Of a stretch of DNA of 56,172 nucleotides, positions 24,753 through 35,882 are shown in pieces. Location of the stretch: the NCBI GenBank assembly GCA_032718475.1, contig JAUCBJ010001310.1, positions 1 through 56,172 of the forward strand, given 5' to 3'. Made by a program: the position numbers and the translations under genes. The notes beneath the pieces were generated by a model. That model was not told where the DNA came from, made no database searches, and saw nothing but the letters and a program-made list of their open reading frames with translations. Source of the DNA: Nemertoderma westbladi. Its lineage: Eukaryota > Animalia > Xenacoelomorpha. Each line of letters starts with the position of its first letter. The stretch's first letter is position 1.

Positions 24753-24965
24753 ATAAGTTAATAAGACGGACCAAGATTGACGACACCTACAAACAGAAAA
24801 ATAAATAATATACTACGTGCTTTTAGCCTTCTTCAGGTGTATATATTAGGGATTATTGTTAATATAGTAAGTTACAGATTTCAGATCCAATATTTTCTGC
24901 AACATACTTTATATTATTTATTTTTCTGGTTGTGGGTGTCGACCTTCGTCCGTCTTATTACTTAT
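24753..24965. mobile_element. Small hairpin MITE
   Basis: TAATAAGACGGAC...CGACACCTACAAACAGAAAAATAAATAATA versus TATTATTTATTTTTCTGGTTGTGGGTGTCG...GTCCGTCTTATTA. Confidence 0.7.
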
Positions 24966-25018
24966 ATTACTTAATACTCGACAGGTGAGCTTCGGAACTT
25001 GAAATCCGATCCTATTAA

Positions 25019-26030
25019 CCCTATCTGGCCCGGGCTATCTTACAACGTAATTGAGGGAGGGGGAGTGGGTCTTTTTATAAATTTTTTAAATCTTGGCTCA
25101 AAAATTAAAATTTTGATGGTATAAGGGTTTTCGAGGTCGTTGATCTCGATGACACTAGTTATAATATTTCCAGTAATGCAAACCCAATTTTGGTGCCATT
25201 CTGGTGCCCTAGAACGAAAAGTACAAGTAGCACAAAATTACCAACTGTTAAATTTTGCCATTGTTGGTAATTCTGAAGCTATACTAATTTTCAAGGTCGC
25301 TAATCACGATAAAATTCGTTAAAAATTATATGTGGTAAAGCAACTATCATTTTTGGCGCTTGTCTGGTGGGACGAAAAATGCAAGTAGCCTAAAATTTCA
25401 AACGGCAAAAATCGAATTTGGTTGGATGATACGATATTTTTTAGTGTCATATTCGTGATCAGCGCCCCAGAAAACCCATAATGTCTAACAATCAGGTTAA
25501 TTTGGTGATGATTTTTGATTATCAAATTTGTGCTACTTGTATTTTTCGTGCCGCACATTGACACATATCCAAAAATCTCCTAATCAACAATGTACGATAT
25601 ATATCAGTGTCATATTCGTGATCAGCATCCTAAAAAACCTATGGTGATAAAATTGAGTTGATTTTTTTGTGATTTTTAATTATCATATTTTTGCACTACA
25701 GGTACTTGTTTTATTCGTGCCCTAGGGGGCACATTCAAAATTATCAAAAAATTTCTCGAATGTTATATTTGAGTTCTATAATCGTTATAAGCATCCAAAA
25801 AACCGCTATATACGGCAAATAAATTTATTTTAGTGAGCCATAAAATTTTTTGAATATTTTAGCACGAAAAAGATGGGTGCCAGAAATGGACCATATAGCA
25901 CGAAAACTAACATAGAGCCATATAAATGGCGTTTTCGCTGTTGGAAAGCCCATTAAATTGTAGGAATAGTCACGAAATTTCGGTTTTCCCAACAAACCTG
26001 ACTGAAAGATACAGATGATTTACAAAAAAA
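25019..26030. mobile_element. piggyBac-like (TTAA|CCC) non-autonomous element, right end missing
   Basis: TTAA|CCCTATCTGGCCCGGG start; internal repeats AGTGTCATATTCGTGATCAGC (x2); distal part duplicated at 941-1266; no matching GGG|TTAA end seen. Confidence 0.5.
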
Positions 26031-26118
26031 TTTCTACGTATAGACGTACAATAATAAATTCAGTACAGAATTTACATTGTACAGCTGTACATTTTGTAGA
26101 GTTCAGTACAATAATAAG

Positions 26119-26475
26119 TAGCAATGGTGCCAATGTGTCACCTTGCAGTACGCCAGCCAGGATTGGGAAAAACTAAGTTACACCATCTGGTGAGAGTACC
26201 TGCGCTTCTGTGTCACAATATAACAATCCAATGCAGGGCGCATCTCTGCCTTGCATCCTTTAGTGGTAGCTAAATGAATACTGGAGTTTCCTCTGGGGAG
26301 TAAAGTTCTGGGGGGACCGCACTGGAAATCAGTCGTCAGACTTTGTGTGTAATCCCTGGCCTAGCGGCCGAATAAAATTTACTTTTTTTTAATGCAATGC
26401 CGGCGACAATTACTTCAGGTATTCCATAAGCTCTTAGGATTTACAGTATTTAACCTCTATGGATGGAGTCGAATG
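26119..26475 (-). mobile_element. Internal RT fragment of the same RTE family (equivalent to 18968-19157), split by a SINE-like insert
   Basis: Near-identical to 18968-19157 on both sides of the insert. Confidence 0.9.
26235..26394 (+). mobile_element. 5'-truncated SINE-like insertion
   Basis: Absent from the reference RTE copy; TSD CAATGC (26229-26234 / 26395-26400); GCCTTGCATCCTTTAGTGGTAGCTAAATGAATAC resembles conserved metazoan SINE central domains; T-rich tail. Confidence 0.7.
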
Positions 26476-26560
26476 TCGAATATAACAACTCCACTTTCAT
26501 AACTAATATATATCTTCTAATAATTATTTCGCTCAGCAGACTATATGAAACTACTTGCTG

Positions 26561-26773
<213 letters not shown>

Positions 26774-27211
26774 TAGAAATTCTACACAGACAGACTTCTA
26801 AAGATCATCTGTCTGCGTCTGCCGCTATGAGTCGAATTGACAGATACGTAAAAGTTGCTGTAATTATAGAACCATTATTCATATGAAATTTGGTAATACT
26901 AATAAGATGCGAGCATTACTTAATTAGAAATTATACACACAGTCACAGATACAGTCCCAATCCCAATAAACATTAACTTGGTCCTTTTGGCGGCCAAAAT
27001 GACCAAAATCGCCAAAAAAATGTAGTGTATTCCTATGGGCTACTTGGTCGTTTTGGCGAAGCGATTTAACTCGACTCAGTTAAGTCCAGACATTCAGTCT
27101 CCTTGGCCATCCATTTGGTTGCTCTGACTAAATGTCGGCTCGCTTTCATTTTTATTATTGACAGTTTGTTAACTTACCCGGAGCTGAGTCGGGCCTTGCA
27201 CTTGCAGTTGT

Positions 27212-27542
27212 ATTATATTTAACCTATGTCAGACGTTTCAAAACAACGTTAAATATTGACGTTAAAATTCAACGTCAATTTAACGTTTGGGTTTAGTGAT
27301 TTATGTACATGATTATATTTAACCAATGTCAGACGTTTCAAAATAACGTTAAAAATCTACGTTAAAATTGAACGTCAGGTTAACGTTTGTGTTTAGTTGC
27401 TTATAGACATGTAGTTTTTGAACGATTATAAGACGTCAGAAAACGTATGTTTTAAGTTATTTTCATAACTTTATTTTTCTAACCTAAAACAGACTAAAGT
27501 CTAACGTTAGATTAGCGTATTTAACGTAAAATGTTTGCAGGG
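27212..27542. repeat. 100-bp tandem units rich in AACGTT, probable right end of a CACTA/EnSpm-type MITE
   Basis: Units start at 27212 and 27312, with a decayed third; ends AAAATGTTTGCAGGG. Confidence 0.55.
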
Positions 27543-27780
27543 AGTAGAGACCACCCACTGAGGCATTGATACAGCACAGGCTAATACGTAATAAGGGAGT
27601 TAGTTGGATGCGGCTTTGTTTAAAGGAGAAGTATGTATAATAATCGGATTTTGTGTGTTATTATTAGATAATCACTTCTCACCTTTTCCTTTGTGTAACT
27701 TCAGTTTAGAGTCATTATGAAATGACAACGTTCTATGAAGGCGTCCTAATTATAGTTCTATATTATATTATATTATATTT

Positions 27781-30700
27781 TAGATGGGACCTTTGGTGGT
27801 GATTATATATGTAAATACCTACCGGGAACAACGTCACAAGTTACTAACAGCACGCGGGGAGGCGTATGTATACTTATTAAGCGTGGTATATTCAGTTCCG
27901 TTGTACCGGTTGAATCTGGAAATGACGTCATAGGTGTGCTTGCCACAATGGATGGATTTCATAAACAACTCCTAATTATTTCAGCGTATGCACCGGACTC
28001 CAGCAAGCCCCCCAGTGTCTACAATGACTTTCTTGGAAGACTAAGTAATGTGGTTATTTCTCATCATACGACGATACCCCTAATCTTAATGGATGGGAAT
28101 GCTGATGTTGGGCCGCTCCAAGGTAAAAGGTACAGTAGAAAAGTGGCAACTGCCAGAGGAATTTCACTGAACGACTTCCTTACTGACCACACTCTGGAGG
28201 CAGCTGATACACTTGATAACTTTGACGGCCCATGCTGCACATTCTATGGGCGAGGGCGTACATACATAGACCATATACTAACTACGGACACTGGGTTAGA
28301 CTTGATAATGAATGGTAGAATTTACGATATGGACAACGTATCAAACCAATCCGATCATGTACCTGTATCCGCCACACTGAAAGTTACCATAAGACCAACT
28401 CCGGACAGTGCGGTTAATAAACTAAACTCTTCGCACCATCGTATTCGTCGATTCAACTGGCATAAATGTAGCGAAGAGCAATTAGAAAGTTACAAGCAAG
28501 CGACCATTGCCGATCTCAACCACCTAGATGACGTAATAGAAGGTAGCCATTACAGTTGGACCAAAGTTGATTTGGAGTGGTATGGGGAATCATTACAGAG
28601 TGTATTTTACGAAGCTGCCTGTGCACACGTTCCCCAGAGTTCCATCAGAAAACGAACTCGTAATTATAGAATTAGGAGTACCCAATTGCATGAAAAGTCC
28701 AAAATCACCAGAACTCTATATGGCATCTGGTGTGAGCGTGGCAAATGTCAATCAGATCGCTACAACCATTTGTTCAAGGATTCAAAACGTGCAGTGAGGC
28801 GTCTTCGGAACTGGTTAACCAAGAACAGGCTATCTAATCATATTCACGGGATAATTCATAACCATACGGCCAAACCTCGCTCCTTATGGAATCACCTCAA
28901 GAATAAACAAACCGTAGAAACTTCAGAATCAATGCGCGTCCCACTTACTACCCATCTGCGTCAGCAATTTCAGAGAGATTCTGGTGAAACTGGAGATCTT
29001 GAAACGTTAATAGATGGTATAAATGCTAAATGTGAAGGGACTGAGCACCCGCTCATCTCAGAAAAGACGGTGGAAGACGTTATCTTACTCCTGGGCAAAG
29101 GTAAATCACCGGATAAACGTACCTTGACAGTCGAACACTTGATCTACACAGATAAGGATACAGTATGCAAACACTTAGCCAGACTTTACAATGAATCCAT
29201 TCGCCTAGGCATAGTACCAACTTTCTTTGGGGAGACAGTTGTAAAATGCCTATACAAAGGCAAAGGCAAAGATTCTATGAACCCATCATCTTACCGTCCC
29301 ATCGCATCCATTTGTTTATTTGCAAAAGTTCTGGAAGGTATCGTAGCAAAGGAATATTTCTTGGAGATTATACCTGATGGAATGCAATTCGCCTACCAAA
29401 AACGTATCGGTTCCGATGTTATACTCAGCGCTATTCTAGAACATATCGAATTTTATCGCAGTAGAGGCTCCGGGGTTTACGTCTGCCAAATGGATATAGC
29501 AGCAGCATTCGACTCTGTTAATCACTATCTTCTATTTAAAAAATTATCAGAACATATTAATCCCTATATATGTCGACTGCTGGTAGTTTATTACAAAGCA
29601 AGTATGGTGTTTATCAACATCAATGGCATGGTGGACACAAATGGATTTGCAATGCATAATGGTGTTAAACAGGGATCTATAATATCGCCCGTATTATTCA
29701 ATTTCTACACCAATGGTATTCTTACACAACTTCATGATGGTGGGCCAGACAGTAAAGGGTTTCGTATTTTTCATCTAATTATGGGTACACTTTCTTATGC
29801 GGATGACATACTGTTAATGGGAACGTCCAGCAATGAAATTGAGCAAATGGCTAGTCATATACAAACTGAACTCACGAATCTCAACCTTGCATTAGAGACA
29901 TCTAAAGTAAACTGGATTTTCAAGGAATCTCACACCAACCGGAAAAACGACAGTCCACCGCTCATGATTTCTATAAATGGATATCTTCATGCCACATCTC
30001 CATCCCTCACATTCCTTGGGGTCACTATTCGTGGGATTAAACAGGATCACAATAACATTCATGTATCTGACATAATACAATCAATAGCTGCGCTTGCAGA
30101 CACATTCCATAGGAATGGATGGACAACGAAGCACTACCCTGTACGGATTGTGGCTCTGTTATGGCGGTCTGTTGGATTGTCGTCCCTATTGTACAGACTG
30201 AAATTCCGCATTGGCGAACTATCCAAGAAAGATACTGATATGGTGGAAATTTATTATAGGAAACATCTGCGAGGAATTCTTCACGTTGGATGTTATGTAT
30301 CAAATGACACCTTAAATCACCTCTTTGGGACCGGAACACTCTCGCTAGAGGCGTATAAGTCATGTCTGGGGACAGTGCTTCGGTCTCTCAACTGTCCCAA
30401 CACGAATCTTCAGGAATCACTTCGCATCACGTTACAATCGAACCAACGTTCATATTATCAAGGATTAGGAAGCGTGTACAGTAAAGCTGTCGCTAATTAT
30501 GGTCTACCCACGATTGGGTCACTCTGTAACTACAAATACAATACAAATAACCTATTCGCCAGACTATCTGAGCCAGCCACCTCACTACGCCACCTAGAGG
30601 AAGGACAGTACATACGACAATGTTACGAACTGCCAGGGCTCACTTTTAGAGCCAAGCACAAACGCATAACAGATTTTTACAACATTTGAGTTCGATAAAC

Positions 30701-30979
30701 GGACTAATTGCGTATAATTTAGTTCATATCGTCGATATAATTTTAATTAGATCTCACAAAACCAATGTTTTTTTTTTACTTTATTGTGACTCACAGTTTG
30801 TACGCGTCCTAGAAGTATATTCTGCTATCTTGAAATCACATTATATCTCTATGTAAATAACGTGACTATTTGACCTTAACTGTAAAGGGTATTTTAATGT
30901 GTATTTTTAATGTTTATTTTTAATGTTTATCTTTCAATATGTCAATTTTATTTGATTAAATAATAATGAATGAATGAAT
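27781..30979 (+). mobile_element. 5'-truncated non-LTR retrotransposon (RTE-X or L2/Crack-like; clade tentative)
   Basis: APE-RT ORF, AT-rich 3' UTR, (AATG)n tail at 30965-30979, (TATAT)n filler at the 5' junction. Confidence 0.85.
27783..30689 (+). CDS. APE endonuclease/reverse transcriptase, N-terminally truncated but otherwise open
   Basis: The frame is open from 27783 and includes TRGGVCILIK upstream of the listed ORF start; MDGNAD, YIDHIL, SDHVPV, SYRPI, DIAAAFDSV, GVKQGSIISP, YADD, FLGV. Confidence 0.88.
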   Translation, partial: DGTFGGDYICKYLPGTTSQVTNSTRGGVCILIKRGIFSSVVPVESGNDVIGVLATMDGFHKQLLIISAYAPDSSKPPSVYNDFLGRLSNVVISHHTTIPLILMDGNADVGPLQGKRYSRKVATARGISLNDFLTDHTLEAADTLDNFDGPCCTFYGRGRTYIDHILTTDTGLDLIMNGRIYDMDNVSNQSDHVPVSATLKVTIRPTPDSAVNKLNSSHHRIRRFNWHKCSEEQLESYKQATIADLNHLDDVIEGSHYSWTKVDLEWYGESLQSVFYEAACAHVPQSSIRKRTRNYRIRSTQLHEKSKITRTLYGIWCERGKCQSDRYNHLFKDSKRAVRRLRNWLTKNRLSNHIHGIIHNHTAKPRSLWNHLKNKQTVETSESMRVPLTTHLRQQFQRDSGETGDLETLIDGINAKCEGTEHPLISEKTVEDVILLLGKGKSPDKRTLTVEHLIYTDKDTVCKHLARLYNESIRLGIVPTFFGETVVKCLYKGKGKDSMNPSSYRPIASICLFAKVLEGIVAKEYFLEIIPDGMQFAYQKRIGSDVILSAILEHIEFYRSRGSGVYVCQMDIAAAFDSVNHYLLFKKLSEHINPYICRLLVVYYKASMVFININGMVDTNGFAMHNGVKQGSIISPVLFNFYTNGILTQLHDGGPDSKGFRIFHLIMGTLSYADDILLMGTSSNEIEQMASHIQTELTNLNLALETSKVNWIFKESHTNRKNDSPPLMISINGYLHATSPSLTFLGVTIRGIKQDHNNIHVSDIIQSIAALADTFHRNGWTTKHYPVRIVALLWRSVGLSSLLYRLKFRIGELSKKDTDMVEIYYRKHLRGILHVGCYVSNDTLNHLFGTGTLSLEAYKSCLGTVLRSLNCPNTNLQESLRITLQSNQRSYYQGLGSVYSKAVANYGLPTIGSLCNYKYNTNNLFARLSEPATSLRHLEEGQYIRQCYELPGLTFRAKHKRITDFYNI

Positions 30980-31221
30980 ATAGTTAGTAGCTGGGTTTGT
31001 TACAAGGCAAGAGGCAGCAATTAAATGGCGACACTGTCTCGAACGAGTTCGGTAAACTGATGAAATTCAGATTAGGTGGCGCGGCCTATTTATTTAGTAG
31101 CTGGGTCTGAATTCGAGGGCGATAGTAACTGAAAACATTACAATATTAGGCTCTGGCTCTGTGCTAACAGAGTCGGCATATTTGGGTGATTTTATGATTA
31201 TGTAATTATTATTTATCGAGA

Positions 31222-31499
31222 CAGGGGGGGGGGGGGGGGGGGGGGACTGGACGCAAACTCGCCTTGGCGAATTAATATCCCGCCTCAATGTTAAATTATC
31301 AATTTAGGGAAAGGAGCAGGTTAAAGTTGCACGTTATTTTAACCAAAACAATAAATTAAACTTAAACATAAATGAACAGGTTACAGTTTTATTTTTGAGA
31401 GTAATCATCTGTTATTTGCGTCAAATTTACCCTGGAGAGGGACGACTTTTTATTGCGTCCAGTTAAACCCCCCCCCCCCCCCCCCCCCCCCCCTAACTG
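31222..31499. mobile_element. Small MITE with G22/C26 runs in its TIRs
   Basis: CAG(G)nACTGGACGCAA ... TTGCGTCCAGTTAAA(C)nTAACTG|TA; interior AGGGAAAGGAGCAGGTTA...TAACCAAAACAATAAA also occurs at ~5330-5380. Confidence 0.7.
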
Positions 31500-33166
31500 T
31501 ATTTATGAGAGCATTTATATTATAGCGTACTAAAACAGCTAAATAAAGTAAAGTACTTTTCTCATATTTTAAATAAATTTACGAATTAAATATATGAACT
31601 TGTTATTTTTATTACCAATCGAATAGAATAAAAGTAAATAATTAATTAATTATTACGCTCCAAGTGCTAGCACACTGCTTATAACCTAATATAACCCTAT
31701 ATTCAATTATCATATAACCTAAGTGACAGGTAAAGGTGTGTTAATTATTAGATTAGTAAAAAATATGTAGAAAATAATAAGTTAGGGCGGGCGCCTCACA
31801 CTGCACTCTTACAGGCATGTTTACTACAGTGGCGAGTCCAGCCGTTACTAAACTGGAGCCTTTCTCTCTACCTAAGTGCCAACATGCTGGGCTTTTTTAC
31901 ACTGAGCCTCTATTCACTGGCTGTGATTGACAAGCCTACGTGCCTCAATAGTCCCTTTTATGAATACCGCAGTTTTTATTTGGCCGTTTGAGTCATTTTG
32001 GTCGCCACAATGACCAAGTTAATGCTTATTGGGATTAGGACTTCACAGTTCCTCTGCCGCGTTGTCAGAGCTCCAGTTCATCGTGCTTAGCGCGGTTTAT
32101 AAACATTTCATTCAACATTTTTATTGGATGACGCATATGTTGGCATCATCAGCTGAGTTGATTTAGTTTAGTAAGTATGAAGTAGGGCCTACTGGCCTAA
32201 CAGGTTTGATACTTTTTGCAAGACTTTGGTAGGTACGGCGTATGGCAGTACAGCAGTACACAGTATGGCTGTATGGTGTATGCCCTGCAGCCCTGTACTG
32301 CTGTATGAGGATGTACCGCCAGAACTTTTGTGGCATCGGTAAGTACAGCAATTTATCCTACCGTCTGGCGTCTGACCGGTCTTAATAACCCCCCTGCATG
32401 CCCTGCAGTCAGACAGTTATTCCTGCATCCTGTATTCCAGTACTGCAGTACGGCTGTATGGTACCGTACCCTACCGGCTACCAGCCTACAGCTGTCTGGC
32501 TGTGCTGCACGCTGGCACGGTAGCTACCAGCTACCACCTACAGCAGTACCGGCTGACCGGCAGACCGGTCCGGTCAGCCAGTACCAGTCAGTATTCCTGT
32601 AGGCCTTATTCAGCTGTTCAGTTCTTATTCCAACTCCTGAACTCACGGCTGGACGGCCTGACGGCTGCACGGACTCTGCGTCTGAAGGGACTCCCCTCAC
32701 GCTCACACTCACAGACACAGACTCAACCCCGTTCCCGTTGCACAGTGCTGCAGTGCACAGGCTGGAAAAAGTCTCCCAGGCGCGCACAACGCCCGCACAC
32801 TGCACTCCATTGCCAACCGCGCATTCCCATATCTGCATATTATGCCATACCAGCATACAGCCATAGGCAGGATAGGCCTACCGGTATGCAATAATCGCAC
32901 CCCAAAAATCTCAACCGCGCAACCGTGCACCCAAAAAATTCAACCGCGCACCCCGAAACAAAAGTAGGATACCGGTCTGCCCGCTGCCGGTAGTTTAAAT
33001 TGCTGAATTGCAGAATTGCGCAAGTCTGCAAGTTGCGAGTCTACGACTAGTAAATGACATCAAGCAGTCAAGTAATTAATAATCTTCGGGTCCGACGAAT
33101 TTGTACAAAAAAATATAAAATAGTACAGTAGTACAATAGGCCTATAGTACAAAAGAATACTGGAAT

Positions 33167-34089
33167 CAGGGATGGCAAAAACCATGGTTTTTTGAAAAAA
33201 ATTTTTTGGTTTTGGTTTTATTGTTTGGTTTTTTATGGTTTTTTTCGGTTTTTTATGGTTTTTTATGGTTTTTCTGTGGTTTAATTAAATCCAATACAGC
33301 AATACATACAAATGTAGGGCCTACATACAACAGTCTGACAGTACAACCCTTGCGCTTGCCCAATACAATAGAACAAAATACTGGAATAACTGAATAAGGC
33401 CACACTGCCACATACAGTATGCTGGTTTGAAGCGTTTCTTCTGCTGTTCTGTTCTGTCCTTACTCTCATCCAACCCATCAGCCCTTGTCAGCATGCGACA
33501 AAATACTAACAACATACAACAGTACAACGTAAAAATACATACCAACGTCCAGACGTCTGCACTGCTCCACTGCACGCCAGGCTGCCAGGCTGCAAACCAC
33601 CACTGAACCGCGCACAACGCCTGCGCACAATTTTTCAGCCCCGCAATATTGGACAATATACCTACCGCGCATGCACCGAAAAAAAACGCGCACACCACAT
33701 TTTAACAATGTAAACGAGAAACATACGCCAGCGAAGCGAGCAAAACCTTTTCATTAACATTGCAAAATGAACAGATGAAAAAGAAACGCGAGCAAAACTC
33801 AAAGTGAGAGAAATTTGTCCATTCTAACAGCTGAACAGTGCAAAATGTAAGATAAAGAAACGCGAGCAAAACTCAAAGTGAGCGAAATTTTTTCCTTCTA
33901 ACAGTGCAAAATGAAAAAGAAACGCGACTACCAGTCTGCTTTATATTATTTACAGCGTTAATTGAAAAATTTTATGAAAAACCATAAAAAACCATAAAAA
34001 ACCAATTTTTTCGCCTTTTTTTAAAAGTTGGTTAAACCAAAAAACCATAAAAAACCAATGGTGAGAAAAACCATTGGTTGCCAACCCTG
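33167..34089. mobile_element. hAT-like MITE, copy 1 (923 bp)
   Basis: 8-bp TSD ACTGGAAT; CAGGGATGGCAA...TTGCCAACCCTG termini; GGTTTTTTAT subterminal arrays. Confidence 0.93.
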
Positions 34090-35400
34090 ACTGGAATACA
34101 AAAGACAGAAAGAGTACAATAAAGTGCAAAAATAGTACAAAAGAGTGCAAAAATAGTTGTACAAAAGAGTACAAACGAGTGAGAAACGCTTGCAAAACGT
34201 CTGAACGTGTATCCATCCTGCCATCCGAGTGTAGTTCAAATCGTTTAGAGGGGCGCACATGATGTGCAAAATAAAACAAAGCATTGTCTGATTGTGAGGC
34301 GAGCCATGCATTGAGCGGGGGCTGATCTAGCAGTCAGAGAGTAGGCCCCTATCTGCCTAATACAATACAATCTTATGAGTTTTAATGCAGCCTTTTGTGT
34401 TCAAAAAACACAAAAATTGTCCCAAGCTCGCAAAATTGCAGAGCAGCAGAGGGAGCACTCAATAAAGTTGCAGATAGAGGCGTACATACAGACATACTGA
34501 CATACATACATAGCCAGGGATGGCAAAAACCATGGTTTTTTGAAAAAAAATTTTTGGTTTTGGTTTTATTGTTTGGTTTTTTATGGTTTTTTTCGGTTTT
34601 TTATGGTTTTTTATGGTTTTTCTGTGGTTTAATTAAATCCAATACAGCAATACATATAAATGTAGGGTCTATGTACAACAGTCTGACAGTCAGACAGTAT
34701 AACCCTTGCTGCCTTGGGCCTTGCGCTTGCCCAATAGAACAAAACACTGGAATAACTGAATAAGGCCACATTCAGTATGCTGGTTTGAAGCGTTTCTTCT
34801 GCTGTTCGGTCCTTACTCTCATCCAGATCCAACCCATCAATCAGCCCATGCAGCCATGTCAGCATGTGACAAAATACTAACAACATACTGACATACAATG
34901 TTATTATTATTATTAAACACGGTGAAATATTATAAAAATGTTAACACCGGAGAAAAACAACAAGGTACACTTACGGTAAAACCAGGTACACTAATAGTTG
35001 AATTGAAATCAGAAAAACACGAATAAATAAAATTGTGACCAATGCATCTTAAGAAAATAAAAACGGACAGTACTTACTAAAGAGTGAAATCAAGTGGAAA
35101 TTTAAACGGAAATGAAGTAAAAATATTGAAATTATGTATGTAAATACTATAAACAGTACATTAGAGCAGCATATTATTAAAAATTTACAAATCTTATAAA
35201 AACGTAACAATATGCCATATTAAATTAAAAACGTATACATGAGTTCCAAGTAGTACAGTAGAACAAATGACATTATTACAAATATAGATATAGAAGGCAG
35301 ATAACAATTAATAGTATGTAGAAATTATAATAGATATGATAAAAACATAAAGTAGAACAGATAAAAACATATATTATATTTACAGATAAAATTACAATAA

Positions 35401-35878
35401 TTACACTAAATTCCGGTTAAACATACAAAAAGAAAGTAGGTTAATTTCTTTGAGTCTTAGAGAAAATAACAGTTTATTACGGCAATTTACAACTTCAGCT
35501 GGAAGCGAGTTCCAAATGGGCACCACTCTATGGGAAAAATTATTTTTGCACATCTGCAAGCGCGACTGTTTATGAAACAGTTTACGGTCGTGACCTCTCA
35601 ACCCACCCCTAGGGGCCAAGGTAAAGAAGTCCGCGAAGTTTAGGTCGACTTCGTTGTTCGAAAGAGCGAAGGTCATCTTGAGGTCAAAAATTATGCGGCG
35701 CACTTCCAGGGGTTGAAGCTGTAATACGTTAATTCGATTCAAATAGCTTACTGTACAATCCAAATTACAACGTTTAAAAAGGCGACGCGTAAAATATCTC
35801 TGTACCCGCTCAAGTAAGTCTATACAACCTAAATGAAAAGGAGACCATATAGGCGTACAGTACTCTAATAAGGGACGC
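35401..35878 (-). pseudogene. C-terminal part of CR1 ORF2, separated by the Sola2 insertion
   Basis: RPLLEYCTPIWSP, LERVQRYFTR, LEVRR, RGHDRKL, FSHRVVPIWNSLP; joins in frame to ...AFKSYV once the insert and one ACAT are removed. Confidence 0.92.
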
Positions 35879-35882
35879 ACAT

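Larger units (their letters stand above)
26953..32042. mobile_element. Non-autonomous TIR element (~90-bp imperfect TIRs) hosting a LINE and other inserts
   Basis: AGTCCCAATCCCAATAAACATTAACTTGGTCCTTTTGGCGGCCAAAATGAC versus GTCATTTTGGTCGCCACAATGACCAAGTTAATGCTTATTGGGATTAGGACT; TSD unclear. Confidence 0.7.

Noticed and set aside
27751-30985. TATAGTT as TSD of the truncated LINE
   Set aside because: Only 7 bp of AT-rich sequence and offset from the 5' junction by a (TATAT)n tract; may be chance
33206-34898. Hydrophobic FFGFLWFF ORFs resembling membrane peptides, repeated near 44114-44765
   Set aside because: Translations of the hAT MITE subterminal repeats
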